In this document: positions 44,933 through 54,284 of the stretch, one piece after another
Numbering within the stretch: the stretch's first letter is position 1
Layout: the number at the start of each line of letters is the position of its first letter
IMG/VR virus record: IMGVR_UViG_3300027963_000004
Coordinates: 1 to 54,284 of that record
DNA length: 54,284 bases
DNA from: a virus
Lineage: Duplodnaviria; Caudoviricetes
Reading direction: 5' to 3' (one strand)
Notes under the pieces: generated by a model
Seen by the model: only the letters and a program-made list of their open reading frames with translations
The model's database searches: none
What the model was told of the DNA's origin: nothing
Made by a program: the position numbers and the translations under genes

Positions 44933-47821
44933 TTAAGGATGAGTTGCTTTGTATGCGTCAAATTCTGCTTTGAGTTCTTGGATTGCGGCTGTAAGTGTTG
45001 CTATTAAAAATGATGCGTCCACGCCTTGATACTTAGGTTTGCCATCCGCATCAACTGCATCTTTTTCCCCTGATACTGCTTGTGGGCATATTTCGGCTAG
45101 TTCGTGAGCAATAAAACCCTGACCATCCGAGCCATCAACTTTCCATTTATAAGTGACAGGTTTAAGTTGTGCAACTTTATCCAATGCACCTGTCATTGGC
45201 TGCACATTTTCTTTTAAACGATAATCTGAAGAAGTTGAATAGGAAGTCGATGACCCACTTGTTTGAATAGAACCTGCTACGCCGTTGCCATTACCAAAAA
45301 TAATTTGTGATGCCGAAGCAGTTGAACTAACCTGATTATACAAATACCCATTGTTTCCACCGGAAGTTATATATGCAAGTCCATAAACACTTGCACTAGG
45401 AGTAGTAACGCATGAGAAGTAATAATTTTCTGAACTATCAATGTATAATCTAACATTCCCATCACCATCAGATAAGACAACATTGTTACTTGCTGTACGG
45501 ATGTCTAGACCACCAGCGTTACCTCTAAAGTTACCAAGAATAACATTACTACTACCTGTTGTTACATCATACCCAGAGCCGGGAATTGCTAAAGCAACAC
45601 CAGAGCCTAAAAAAATATTTCCTTTTCCAGTAGTTAAAGAAAACCCTGCTGTATAGCCAATACATACATTTGAGCCGCCTGTGCTAGTATACCCAGCCGC
45701 ATTACCAACAAATACGTTAGTTTCACCAGTAATATTTGAATATCCTGCTGTGTAGCCAACACAAACATTTTGAGCGCCTGTTGTTTGGCTATATCCCGCC
45801 TGATAACCTACTGCTGTGTTGTTAGAGGCTGTGGTGTTATTAAAAAGTGCGTAATTACCAAGTGCGGCATTGTAAGAGCCAGTTGTATTTGAATGGAGTG
45901 CATGACTACCCATTGCAGCATTGTTGACTCCTGTAGTGTTGTAGTATGTAGCATTTGCGCCTACTGCGGTATTTTCGTAACCAGTAGTTGTTGACTGAAG
46001 GGCTTGAAAACCAATAGCAGTTTGATACTGCCCTGTAGCACTATATAGGGCTTTATACCCAACAGCAGTTTGTGCTGTACTTGTTGTGTTTGAGTAAGCG
46101 GCTTGCCAACCTACTGCTGTGTTATTAGAGGCGGTAGTGTTATTAATTAAGGCATTGTTACCAATTGCCACATTATTTGAGCCTGTTGTGTTTGTAGTCA
46201 TTGCACCTGCACCAACAACAGTATTTGATGAGCCTGTTGTGTTGGCATATAAAGGAGAAGTTACTATTCCATCCCAATAAGTACCAATAGCCGTATTTCC
46301 TGCTCCAGTTGTGTTAGCGTATAAAGCACGACCACCAAAAGCAGCATTTCCTACGGCAGTTGTGTTTGCCTGTAAAGATTGATAACCTACTGCGGTGTTG
46401 TAAGAGGCGGTTGAATTAGCCAAGGCTTGTTGACCAACTGCTACATTTGAACTTGCAGAAACATTAGTATACAAAGCCGCATTACCAATAGCCGTGTTTC
46501 CACCACCAGTAGTATTTGAATATAGTGCCGCTTGACCAAAAGCGTTGTTGACTGTCCCAGTAGTATTACTATACCCTGCTTGATACCCTACGGCTGTGTT
46601 ATTTGAGGCTGTGGTGTTTGAGTAAAGTGCCTCATTACCCAAGGCAGTATTTGATGCGCCTGTGGAGTTTGCTCTTAATGCATCATATCCAATACCAACA
46701 TTGTAATTTGCCGTTGAATTTGATGATAACGCTCCTCCACCAATACCAATATTATTTCCACCAGTAGTATTAGTATATAAAGGCGCATAACCAGATGAAT
46801 TACCAGCGCCTAAAGCAATATTATATGAACCTGTTGTATTTCCTCTTAAAGCAGCCTCACCAACAGCAGTATTTCTTGTTCCTGTCGTATTACTATAACC
46901 TGCTTGATAGCCTACGGCTGTATTATTAGAGGCTGTAGTGTTGGTTACAAGCGCTTCTTTTCCTACCGCTGTATTATTTGCGCCTGTTGAGTTATATCTT
47001 AATGCTTGACTACCTACGGCAGAATTAGAACCTCCAGTAGAAGTAGTGTATAAAGCAAAAGCACCAAGTGCTGTATTTTCATTAACAGTAGTATTACTAT
47101 AACCTGCTTGATAACCTACGGCTGTGTTGTATGAGGCGGTGGTGTTTAATGCTAATGCCGCAGTTCCTATAGCAGTATTGTAACTACCTGAACTGTTACT
47201 AAATAAAGCACCATATGTTCCAGCATCTTGTGAACCAACAGCAGTATTGTAAGAACCTGATGTAGTTAAATACATAGCGTAATTACCAAGAGCCAAGTTG
47301 TTATTTCCACTTGTAATACTTGCCAATCCACTAGCGCCTACTACGGTGTTATTACTAGCCGCAGCATTTCCACGCCCAACTCTTATTCCATAAACAGTTA
47401 AGTCAGTACCAGAGTATAAAAGGTTGGCTGAGTCTGTTAGTAGACCTGCGGTGGTTGCGTAAGGTACTCGACCACTTGTTAGGCTAGAAAATGTAATTGA
47501 GCCTGATGACGTAATCCCTGTTAAGCCTGTCAGAATACCTGCATCGCTCAAGATACCAACTGAGTTCTGTATTAACTTGCCTGTCGTTAAATCAAACCGT
47601 GCTAGTGCGTTGTCTGTAGCACTTGCAGGGCCAACCACATCGCCTGATGCGCCCGAAGTTGAGGCCAATAATGTAACAGTTCCAGCGCTATTCTTATAGT
47701 ACAACTTGCCATCTAAGGTATTGATTGCCAATTCGCCTGCAACAAGGTTGCCAGAAGTTGGTACAGCCGACGCAGTAGTGCTGTAGTAGAGAGATAAGGG
47801 CGTATAGCCTGCTTGTGACAT
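44933..47821 (-). CDS. Tail fibre/spike with YadA-head-like beta-roll repeats and C-terminal intramolecular chaperone (Peptidase S74)
   Basis: GELAINTLDGKLYY; dozens of NTAVG..AL..NTT repeats; SSDYRLKENV..GFIAHEL..PQAV.GEKD. Confidence 0.88.
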   Translation of the reverse strand: MSQAGYTPLSLYYSTTASAVPTSGNLVAGELAINTLDGKLYYKNSAGTVTLLASTSGASGDVVGPASATDNALARFDLTTGKLIQNSVGILSDAGILTGLTGITSSGSITFSSLTSGRVPYATTAGLLTDSANLLYSGTDLTVYGIRVGRGNAAASNNTVVGASGLASITSGNNNLALGNYAMYLTTSGSYNTAVGSQDAGTYGALFSNSSGSYNTAIGTAALALNTTASYNTAVGYQAGYSNTTVNENTALGAFALYTTSTGGSNSAVGSQALRYNSTGANNTAVGKEALVTNTTASNNTAVGYQAGYSNTTGTRNTAVGEAALRGNTTGSYNIALGAGNSSGYAPLYTNTTGGNNIGIGGGALSSNSTANYNVGIGYDALRANSTGASNTALGNEALYSNTTASNNTAVGYQAGYSNTTGTVNNAFGQAALYSNTTGGGNTAIGNAALYTNVSASSNVAVGQQALANSTASYNTAVGYQSLQANTTAVGNAAFGGRALYANTTGAGNTAIGTYWDGIVTSPLYANTTGSSNTVVGAGAMTTNTTGSNNVAIGNNALINNTTASNNTAVGWQAAYSNTTSTAQTAVGYKALYSATGQYQTAIGFQALQSTTTGYENTAVGANATYYNTTGVNNAAMGSHALHSNTTGSYNAALGNYALFNNTTASNNTAVGYQAGYSQTTGAQNVCVGYTAGYSNITGETNVFVGNAAGYTSTGGSNVCIGYTAGFSLTTGKGNIFLGSGVALAIPGSGYDVTTGSSNVILGNFRGNAGGLDIRTASNNVVLSDGDGNVRLYIDSSENYYFSCVTTPSASVYGLAYITSGGNNGYLYNQVSSTASASQIIFGNGNGVAGSIQTSGSSTSYSTSSDYRLKENVQPMTGALDKVAQLKPVTYKWKVDGSDGQGFIAHELAEICPQAVSGEKDAVDADGKPKYQGVDASFLIATLTAAIQELKAEFDAYKATHP

Positions 47822-50238
47822 TAGAATGTTCCTCCAAAAATGCCTGTAGTGGCAGTGACTGTTGTAAAGTTTCCTGTTGTCGGTGTTGTAGCACCAACAG
47901 TTCCGTTAATGTTAATCGATGCAGTGCCTGTTAGGTTAGTCACCGTTCCACTGCTTGGTGTACCTAACGCTCCATTGAACGTCACAAAAGCGCCAGCAGA
48001 GCCTACATTAACAGCAAGCGCAGTAGCAACTCCAGTTCCAAGGCCAGATACGCCAGTGCTAATTGGCAAGCCCGTAGCGTTTGTCAGCGTACCACTTGAT
48101 GGAGTTCCAAGCACGCCACCATTAACAACAAAAGAGCCAGCAGAGCCAACATTGACCCCTAAAGCCGTTGCAACACCTGTACCCAAGCCAGTTATAGAGC
48201 CAACTGCTGGAGTTACCGTGGTGTTGCCAGCAAGCGTCAACTGACCCTGCGCATTGACTGTAAAAGTCCCTACTTGTGTAGCAGAACCATAAGCACCAGC
48301 AGACACAGCAGTATTTGTAATACTAAACTGTGTACCCGTTAAGGTCAATCCTGTGCCTGCGGTATATGAGCCTACACCAGCAAATTGCACCCAAGTAATA
48401 GGAGTTGTACCTAAAGTACCTCCTGCATTGGAAGTACAAACCCAACCAGTGTCAGCGTATAGGGTTCCTTGTTCGATAAATGTAAACGCCCCCGGCACTT
48501 CTAGCCACGAGTCCATATCCGTTGCACGAGTCCATGCACTTGCCGCAACCAAGTAAATTCCGTTGTTTTGGCTCAAAGTTTGGTCTTTGACCAAGCACCT
48601 ATCTCCCGCAATCAAAGCAACACCATCAATCGTCTGCGTTCCAGACAGCGTGATGTTTGTTGTCGTTGCTGCCACGCAAGATGCCTTGGGGTCTAACCCT
48701 TCAGCCACAGAGTCTACATACTGTTTAGTTGCTAATTCCAATGCCGTAGTTGGGTTTTGCGTTACGGTTACCGTAGTCAATCCACCCAAAGTAAGACTTG
48801 ATGCGCCTAAAGCAATTGATGTAGTACCTATAGTCAAAGAACTATTAGTAAGGCTTGCATTGGCAATGTTTGTCAGCGTATTGGTCGAGCCACTGATTGT
48901 CTTGTTGGTCAACGTCTGCGTACCCGTCAAGGTAGCAACAGTCGAATCAATCGCAATTGTTACAGCGGAAGAACCATTGAACGATGTGCCTGACAAACCA
49001 GTACCAATGGTCAATGCGTTTGTTGTGTTTGCTGTAATTGTTCCAGAAGCGCCCAAGGCAACAGTAGTACCGTTGTAGGTTACAGAACTATTAGTTAAAC
49101 TTGCATTTGCAATATTAGTCAGTGTATTACTTGAACCGCTGATTGTTTTGTTTGTTAGCGTTTGTGTACCAGTTAAAGTGGCAACAACGGTCGTATCAAT
49201 TGAAATCGTACCTGTAGAGGTGATTGGGCCACCTGTGAGGCCAGTTCCCGTAGCCACCGAGGTAACGCCAGAACCCGTAATAACTGCACCCCATGCGCCG
49301 TTAGCATAACCCTCAAAGGTTGCTGTAGTCGTGTTGTAGCGGAACATTCCATTAATTGGGCCTAGACTTCTCTGCCCTGTTGTTCCTGCGGGAAAGGCAA
49401 TGCTACCAGTACCCGGCACTATTGGGTTTGTAGCCAAACTAAGGATTGGAGCCGTAGTTCCATTAACAACCGTTATTTGGTCAGACGTTCCAGTAACAAC
49501 CGAGATTGTTCCATCACCAGAACCGAGAGTAACCCATGCCCCACCTTGGTATCCCTCAAAACGAGTTGTTGTTGAGTTATAGCGAATCATGCCATTGACA
49601 GGCACTGCTGGACGACTTCCAGTCGCTCCAATAGGTAAAGTAAGACTAGCAGTACCACCCAAAATAGGATTGTCTGCCAAAGAAATTGTTGGTACACCGC
49701 TCACCCCGTTACCGTTAGCGACCGTTACTTGATTGGCTGTACCTAAAAGAGTCACCGCGCTAATAGCGCCACCAGAAGAAATGGTCATCAAACCATTTGC
49801 ACTAAGATTTGCCAAGTTCAATACTTGACCATCTAAAGCGATGGTTGGGTTACCAGATATACCGCTTCCGTTGGTAATTGCAATACCAGCGCCAGAAACG
49901 GCTATAGAACGATTTGTAATAGCCGTAGAAGACGTTTTAACCTGAAAGCCAGTACCAGAGTTTACTAAAGACAATAAAGCGCCTGTAGTGCTGATATTGA
50001 AGAGTCCTTGCGCACCGCCATCTGTAATTACTAAACCATTCGTCACGCCAACATAACGACTGTTTGCCAATTGAGGTGTTTGATTGACTGTCAGATATGT
50101 ATAAGTCTGAACAGGTGAGCCAGCAAGCGCCGCAGTTGTCGTTTGTACAGTTACGCCATTTTGAACGATAGGAACTGCCTCAGTGCCTGTTATTGCACCT
50201 GCCGCTGGGAGTTGTAGTATGGTTACTTGTGATGACAT
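47821..50238 (-). CDS. Tail fibre protein
   Basis: 805 aa T/G/S-rich; GM.RYN.TT..FEGY x2; TLTGTQTLTNKTI x2; ATKQYVD; TIDGV..GDRCLVKDQ. Confidence 0.8.
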   Translation of the reverse strand: MSSQVTILQLPAAGAITGTEAVPIVQNGVTVQTTTAALAGSPVQTYTYLTVNQTPQLANSRYVGVTNGLVITDGGAQGLFNISTTGALLSLVNSGTGFQVKTSSTAITNRSIAVSGAGIAITNGSGISGNPTIALDGQVLNLANLSANGLMTISSGGAISAVTLLGTANQVTVANGNGVSGVPTISLADNPILGGTASLTLPIGATGSRPAVPVNGMIRYNSTTTRFEGYQGGAWVTLGSGDGTISVVTGTSDQITVVNGTTAPILSLATNPIVPGTGSIAFPAGTTGQRSLGPINGMFRYNTTTATFEGYANGAWGAVITGSGVTSVATGTGLTGGPITSTGTISIDTTVVATLTGTQTLTNKTISGSSNTLTNIANASLTNSSVTYNGTTVALGASGTITANTTNALTIGTGLSGTSFNGSSAVTIAIDSTVATLTGTQTLTNKTISGSTNTLTNIANASLTNSSLTIGTTSIALGASSLTLGGLTTVTVTQNPTTALELATKQYVDSVAEGLDPKASCVAATTTNITLSGTQTIDGVALIAGDRCLVKDQTLSQNNGIYLVAASAWTRATDMDSWLEVPGAFTFIEQGTLYADTGWVCTSNAGGTLGTTPITWVQFAGVGSYTAGTGLTLTGTQFSITNTAVSAGAYGSATQVGTFTVNAQGQLTLAGNTTVTPAVGSITGLGTGVATALGVNVGSAGSFVVNGGVLGTPSSGTLTNATGLPISTGVSGLGTGVATALAVNVGSAGAFVTFNGALGTPSSGTVTNLTGTASININGTVGATTPTTGNFTTVTATTGIFGGTF

Positions 50239-50618
50239 TATGTACTCGTATTGTTAGGCGGGTTTGGCGCAAGTGTGTCCTTATTGCCAGTATCTTCAAT
50301 ATCATTTGGCATACTGTTTTGCTGAGTCGAAATTTGAAACTGGGTTGTACCAGCAAAGTTTTCGCTACCCGTCATCAAGTAGTTATCTCCAGCATTCAAA
50401 GGTGTATCAGGGCGCGCAAAACGCAAGTTGATACGTTCCGTCTTCCTTGCGGCAAGGCGGTATGGGTCAAATTGGTCACGACATCCAGTATTACAGACTC
50501 GCAAGCCGGGAAAGTTTGGATCAGGCCCCAAAACAACAAAGGGATACTTCATCTTGCATCGGTCACAAATACCAATAGCAACAGATGTTAGACCTATAGT
50601 GTCTAAAAATATAGACAT
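50238..50618 (-). CDS. Small Cys-containing neck-region protein
   Basis: AIGICDRC..LRVC..C.D..DP..RPD. Confidence 0.65.
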   Translation of the reverse strand: MSIFLDTIGLTSVAIGICDRCKMKYPFVVLGPDPNFPGLRVCNTGCRDQFDPYRLAARKTERINLRFARPDTPLNAGDNYLMTGSENFAGTTQFQISTQQNSMPNDIEDTGNKDTLAPNPPNNTST

Positions 50619-51679
50619 TATGCTGTGTACACCGAAATATTCGGCGCCCAGTAAATTGGTGAGCGGTCTCGCTCTTCTTGCTCTGCATCATAGAGAAACT
50701 GGGTTGCCATACGCTCAAGATAAGCAATCCTATCCATTGGTACTTGAGGCAACTCAAGACTCATTCTATGAGCCAACATAAACAATACAGCCTCATACCA
50801 TCGTTGCGGTATCTCTAATTCATCAGTTAAAGCACCTACATCCTCAATTTGGCGTGAATACCAAAGAGTCATCTGCACAAATGGGTCAGATGGAGTTGGC
50901 CATATAAACATCTGAGGGTTAGGAATTTGACGGTTAAACCAATATTGATAAGGTTGATTTGCTGTGAAATTTTTATTTGGAAGATTGGTGTAATCATCCC
51001 GGTTTAATGCAGACATCTGCACTTCAAGGCTATTATTTCCAAAATACAGTTCTCTAACTGACAAAGTTGTATTGGCATAGGCTCTGCACCGATAAAAGGG
51101 GACAGTCTGCCCAGCCACAATATCAGTCCAAATCCATGTGTTATTGACTACAGCAACTGAGCCAAGGTCAACCAAAGTATTCCAAGTTGTACCATCTTCT
51201 GAGTATTCATAGATGAGAGACCAAGTACCTGTAGCCGCGGGCAAGATACCTATAGAACCAATATAAACAGGATTTGAAGTGCCATAATTGATAGAAATGT
51301 TCCCATTAGCACTTGTTTGAGTGCAAATAGTCTCAGTATTACTGTCAAAAGCATTGGCAATTACACCCCCCGCAGATGTAGAATACGCCCCAGTTGGGCG
51401 ATCCATTGTGCGATAAAGGGCATTCCAAAGGTCAATTGTTCCCTTTGGTAGGTCATAAATGTATTTATCAGCCGTTAAACCAACAACTTTTTTAGTGATT
51501 GTCCAAAACTGAATACCTCGATTACCAAGGTTTGACAATAAAAAATAAAGGGATTGACGTGAGGTTAACTGTTGTTCAGAGGTCAACTCCTCGGCTAACT
51601 TACCACACCGACGAGCGCCATGATCTATCAATGTTTGTACATTAATGACGGTTTGTCCAACGGTTCCAGAGTACGCCAT
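50618..51679 (-). CDS. Head-tail connector-like protein with inserted beta-sandwich domain
   Basis: NLGNRGIQFWT, RDDYTNLPNK..PYQYW, IWPTP, IPQRWYEA. Confidence 0.65.
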   Translation of the reverse strand: MAYSGTVGQTVINVQTLIDHGARRCGKLAEELTSEQQLTSRQSLYFLLSNLGNRGIQFWTITKKVVGLTADKYIYDLPKGTIDLWNALYRTMDRPTGAYSTSAGGVIANAFDSNTETICTQTSANGNISINYGTSNPVYIGSIGILPAATGTWSLIYEYSEDGTTWNTLVDLGSVAVVNNTWIWTDIVAGQTVPFYRCRAYANTTLSVRELYFGNNSLEVQMSALNRDDYTNLPNKNFTANQPYQYWFNRQIPNPQMFIWPTPSDPFVQMTLWYSRQIEDVGALTDELEIPQRWYEAVLFMLAHRMSLELPQVPMDRIAYLERMATQFLYDAEQEERDRSPIYWAPNISVYTA

Positions 51680-51688
51680 AACTATCCT

Positions 51689-52213
51689 TTACCAACCGGG
51701 GCATTTCCAACGCTTTAATGATGCCTTTGCTCTTGGAGCATCCCCTTTTGAATGTTCTACTACCCCAGACATCCGCGCACAAAATGAGTCCTTTCTAGAC
51801 CCTCCTTGTGGTTGCGGTGCTTTTAAATGACTTCCAGTTTCTCTATTGTACTTGTCTCGACCCTTTTGTGTAAGTCCTGCGCCTTTATCTACTGATAATT
51901 TTTCGCCACGACCAATTGCCAAACTGGGGCCACCTTCTTTCATTTTGGCGGTTTTTGCTGATTCTCGGAAGTCTTGAGCAGTTGGCGCACCTTTGCTACC
52001 AACTTTTCGCATTTTTTCCCCAGAGCCTTCAGCAATTCTTTGCTGCTTTGCATGAATGTTGTCATATAAACCTCCTCCTTTAAATTTCTTCCCCTCATCA
52101 GCCTTGGCAAACTCTTTGCCAACTTTTGTGGGAATACCTACCTTTTTAGCAAAAGAGGGGTTGTGAGCAACCGCCTCCATCAAACGATGTTGGGAAGATG
52201 ATTTGCTTGGCAT
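51689..52213 (-). CDS. Basic tripartite protein of three short modules joined by K-x-x-x-GG linkers
   Basis: MPSKS..KEFAKAD / GLYDNIHAK..SAKTAK / GLTQKGR..SFCARMSG..RWKC. Confidence 0.7.
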   Translation of the reverse strand: MPSKSSSQHRLMEAVAHNPSFAKKVGIPTKVGKEFAKADEGKKFKGGGLYDNIHAKQQRIAEGSGEKMRKVGSKGAPTAQDFRESAKTAKMKEGGPSLAIGRGEKLSVDKGAGLTQKGRDKYNRETGSHLKAPQPQGGSRKDSFCARMSGVVEHSKGDAPRAKASLKRWKCPGW

Positions 52214-52215
52214 GA

Positions 52216-52635
52216 TTAACCTAACGGGTTAACGTAATGTTTTTGCATCTCAAGAATTACTGTGTATGCATCTCCAGCAGTACCATCTAAAGTTGTAAAA
52301 GTAATGATGCCATCTTTACCAGTACCTGCGTTGTTCCACAAACCACCAAAACCTGAATAGTCTTGGGTGTAATTTGTATTTGGCGGAATAATTTCAATAA
52401 CTATTGGCGTAGTTGCTTTCCAGTTCATTTGAACTTCAAGCCCATGCGTCATTGCCGTACATTTTAAAATGGTCACAGCATCACAAGCGCCACCAGCATT
52501 TGATGGTAAAAGCGCCGAAGGAGTTACTTTTGCAACAGCAGACTCGTTTTCAGTCGTACTCATTGATGCGTAAAACTTCATAATGGCAATTCTCTCACCA
52601 TCAAATAATGTTTGGGATGTAGCCGTAATAGTCAT
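52216..52635 (-). CDS. Putative virion protein
   Basis: GGAGAG SD before MTITATSQ; DYSGFGGL.NNAGTG..G.I.FTT. Confidence 0.65.
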   Translation of the reverse strand: MTITATSQTLFDGERIAIMKFYASMSTTENESAVAKVTPSALLPSNAGGACDAVTILKCTAMTHGLEVQMNWKATTPIVIEIIPPNTNYTQDYSGFGGLWNNAGTGKDGIITFTTLDGTAGDAYTVILEMQKHYVNPLG

Positions 52636-52649
52636 AAATCTCTCCAATT

Positions 52650-52673
52650 AAAAGCAGGGGGCGAACCCCCTAC
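52650..52673 (-). terminator. UUCG-capped hairpin, possible terminator or stabiliser
   Basis: AGGGGG-TTCG-CCCCCT then GCTTTT. Confidence 0.55.
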
Positions 52674-52679
52674 TAATTT

Positions 52680-53996
52680 TTAACAAGCCCTACCACCACT
52701 TCGCTTTTTGGCTGGTGGAGGAGAAACAGTCTTACTGATTTCACGCTCTGTTGTAGTTACTGCGCCTTGACCAGTAAGGCTATTAAAAGCCTTTTTGGCT
52801 TGACGTGGCAAGTACATTAGAGCATCAGTCATCATCTTTCGATCTGCCTCATTTTCAGCCTTTTCACGGGCATAGTGAGCATCATAAGCACCCTTAGATA
52901 CATCAGTTGTGCCACCACCTTCATTCATCCGTTTGGGAGACCCATACTTCAGATTGCTATCGGTTTTGGCATCACGCATAGCAGATGCATTCTCTGTTCG
53001 GTTGTTCTTTAAAAGAACTGCCTCAGCAGGAGTTGCACGACCACCATTTTTGTAAGTTCCAGACAATTGACTGATTCTTACTGGCGCGGGAGTTGGCTTG
53101 CGACCTTGAGGCATCGCGACGGGACGACCTGAATTAACAGTACCCCCCGCCGCGTAGGCTTTTTTTGCTGAACCACCTTTTTTAAAGCCTCCAGCATTGC
53201 CCAAGCGAACATCACCTGTACCCCCACCTGAGTTATCAGGAATTGCAGTATGCATTTCAGTCGTTGCATAAGAGCCAGAAGTAGACTCAGAAGGAATGAT
53301 GCCCCCTGTTGCATACTTCTTAATCTTTCCACCCATTTTGTAGCCACCACCATTGCCTAGTTTTACACCACCAGTCTTACCTGAAGACTTGCCTGTGTAC
53401 TCTGCGGTATGCATCATCGTGTTTTTGTACTTCTCCGCACCACGAGCAGAGGCTGATACAGGAATAATTCCATCACCAGCCACACCGCCTTTAGCAAACT
53501 TAGCAATCTTGCCACCTTTCTTGTAACCACCGCCATTGCCAAGGGCAACACCGCCAGTTTTCAAGCCTTTGTGACCTTTAGATGCTGGCTTGTTTTCGTG
53601 AGACTTTAGTTCTTTCTCAAGACCTTTCATCTCTTTCATTTCAGCCATATGAGTCTTTTTGGACTCACCACCCTCAGCCTTACCACCTTTTTTCATTGGA
53701 GGAGGGGCCATTGGAGGGCCTGATGGAGTAACTGCAGGTTTAGCCATCATCGCTTTACGGCGTGCAGCCATTGATGGTTTGCCGGGAGCGCGAACTGGAG
53801 CATTAACTGCAGGGCGACCCAATAAAGCGGGAGTTCCTGACATCATGTCCATAGCACCACCACCCATAGCCATTTTTTTATGACCAGATTCGGCTTTGCC
53901 ACCTTTTTTCATGTTTACATGACCACCTTTAGCAAGTTTTAACTCTACTGAAGGCTCAGTGGTCATCATCTTGACCATTGGTTTAAATTGTCCCAT
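52680..53996 (-). CDS. Basic K/G/M-rich protein with about 14 [FYMLK]-x-x-GG repeats
   Basis: AAGGAG before MGQFKPM at 53996. Confidence 0.75.
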   Translation of the reverse strand: MGQFKPMVKMMTTEPSVELKLAKGGHVNMKKGGKAESGHKKMAMGGGAMDMMSGTPALLGRPAVNAPVRAPGKPSMAARRKAMMAKPAVTPSGPPMAPPPMKKGGKAEGGESKKTHMAEMKEMKGLEKELKSHENKPASKGHKGLKTGGVALGNGGGYKKGGKIAKFAKGGVAGDGIIPVSASARGAEKYKNTMMHTAEYTGKSSGKTGGVKLGNGGGYKMGGKIKKYATGGIIPSESTSGSYATTEMHTAIPDNSGGGTGDVRLGNAGGFKKGGSAKKAYAAGGTVNSGRPVAMPQGRKPTPAPVRISQLSGTYKNGGRATPAEAVLLKNNRTENASAMRDAKTDSNLKYGSPKRMNEGGGTTDVSKGAYDAHYAREKAENEADRKMMTDALMYLPRQAKKAFNSLTGQGAVTTTEREISKTVSPPPAKKRSGGRAC

Positions 53997-54006
53997 GTCG
54001 CGCTCC

Positions 54007-54284
54007 TTATGCTTGGGTGACGCCAAGAGCGCCAATACGAGTTGCATTTGGGCCTGCCGCAATTGCTGGCAGGGCTATTCCCATCACAAGACGTTTGATA
54101 CCATCTGCCGCCGAGGAGGGCAAATAAGTACCCCTCACATCACCAGTTGTGGTGGTAGCCGTCAATGTAGCGGCAACAGTCATGGTGCCAGCATCTTCAG
54201 CCAAAGTATTGTCCCAGCCCGCACGGGTGACGTAGCCCCTATCAGTGATACGCAATGGCGCACCCAAGATGTCGGTTGTACCTA
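54007..54284 (-). CDS. Virion structural protein, 3' part of junction-spanning gene starting at 827
   Basis: Ends ATTTTGDVRGTY.PSSAADG..GALGVTQA; frame continuous across the repeat. Confidence 0.75.
   Translation of the reverse strand, partial: GTTDILGAPLRITDRGYVTRAGWDNTLAEDAGTMTVAATLTATTTTGDVRGTYLPSSAADGIKRLVMGIALPAIAAGPNATRIGALGVTQA
54158..54284. repeat. Terminal direct repeat (copy 2)
   Basis: Identical to 1-127. Confidence 0.95.

Noticed and set aside
45640-47360. Periodic DNA repeats as a CRISPR array or DGR template
   Set aside because: Repeats are in-frame, degenerate at third positions and encode beta-roll units; no cas or reverse transcriptase gene
54158-54284. 127-bp terminal repeat as biological DTR or att site
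   Set aside because: Length equals a common assembly k-mer and it lies mid-gene; best explained as circular overlap

Overview
Apparently complete, circularly assembled genome (about 54,157 bp plus a 127-bp terminal overlap) of a tailed dsDNA phage with podovirus-like architecture: no sheath, tube or tape measure gene, but a tail nozzle, fibres and a block of ejection-type proteins. Nearly all genes are on the minus strand. The late arm runs TerS, TerL, a 1674-aa polyvalent protein, portal, GroES-like co-chaperonin, scaffold, capsid, then across the junction to head/neck proteins, tail fibres, lysis genes, nozzle, an ACP/ketosynthase/putative acyltransferase cassette, and ejection proteins. 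A divergent control region at about 24.9 kb drives a leftward replication operon (Cro-like HTH, DUF1376-type initiator, Zn-finger primase domain, DnaB-like helicase, RusA, a large C5 DNA methyltransferase) and a rightward SSB-like/exonuclease operon. No integrase, DNA polymerase, tRNA or CRISPR was seen. The strongest candidate for an undescribed system is the translationally coupled acyl-carrier-protein + ketosynthase + GNAT-like cassette between the nozzle and the ejection proteins, suggesting phage-encoded lipidation of virion proteins. Other leads: a [FYMLK]-[AKR]-x-GG motif shared by five late proteins at domain boundaries, a multi-TRD methyltransferase with a nested out-of-frame gene, dispersed CCGANTCGG palindromes, a CpG-free early region, and two structured RNA candidates. 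All calls come from motif reading and synteny; no searches were run.
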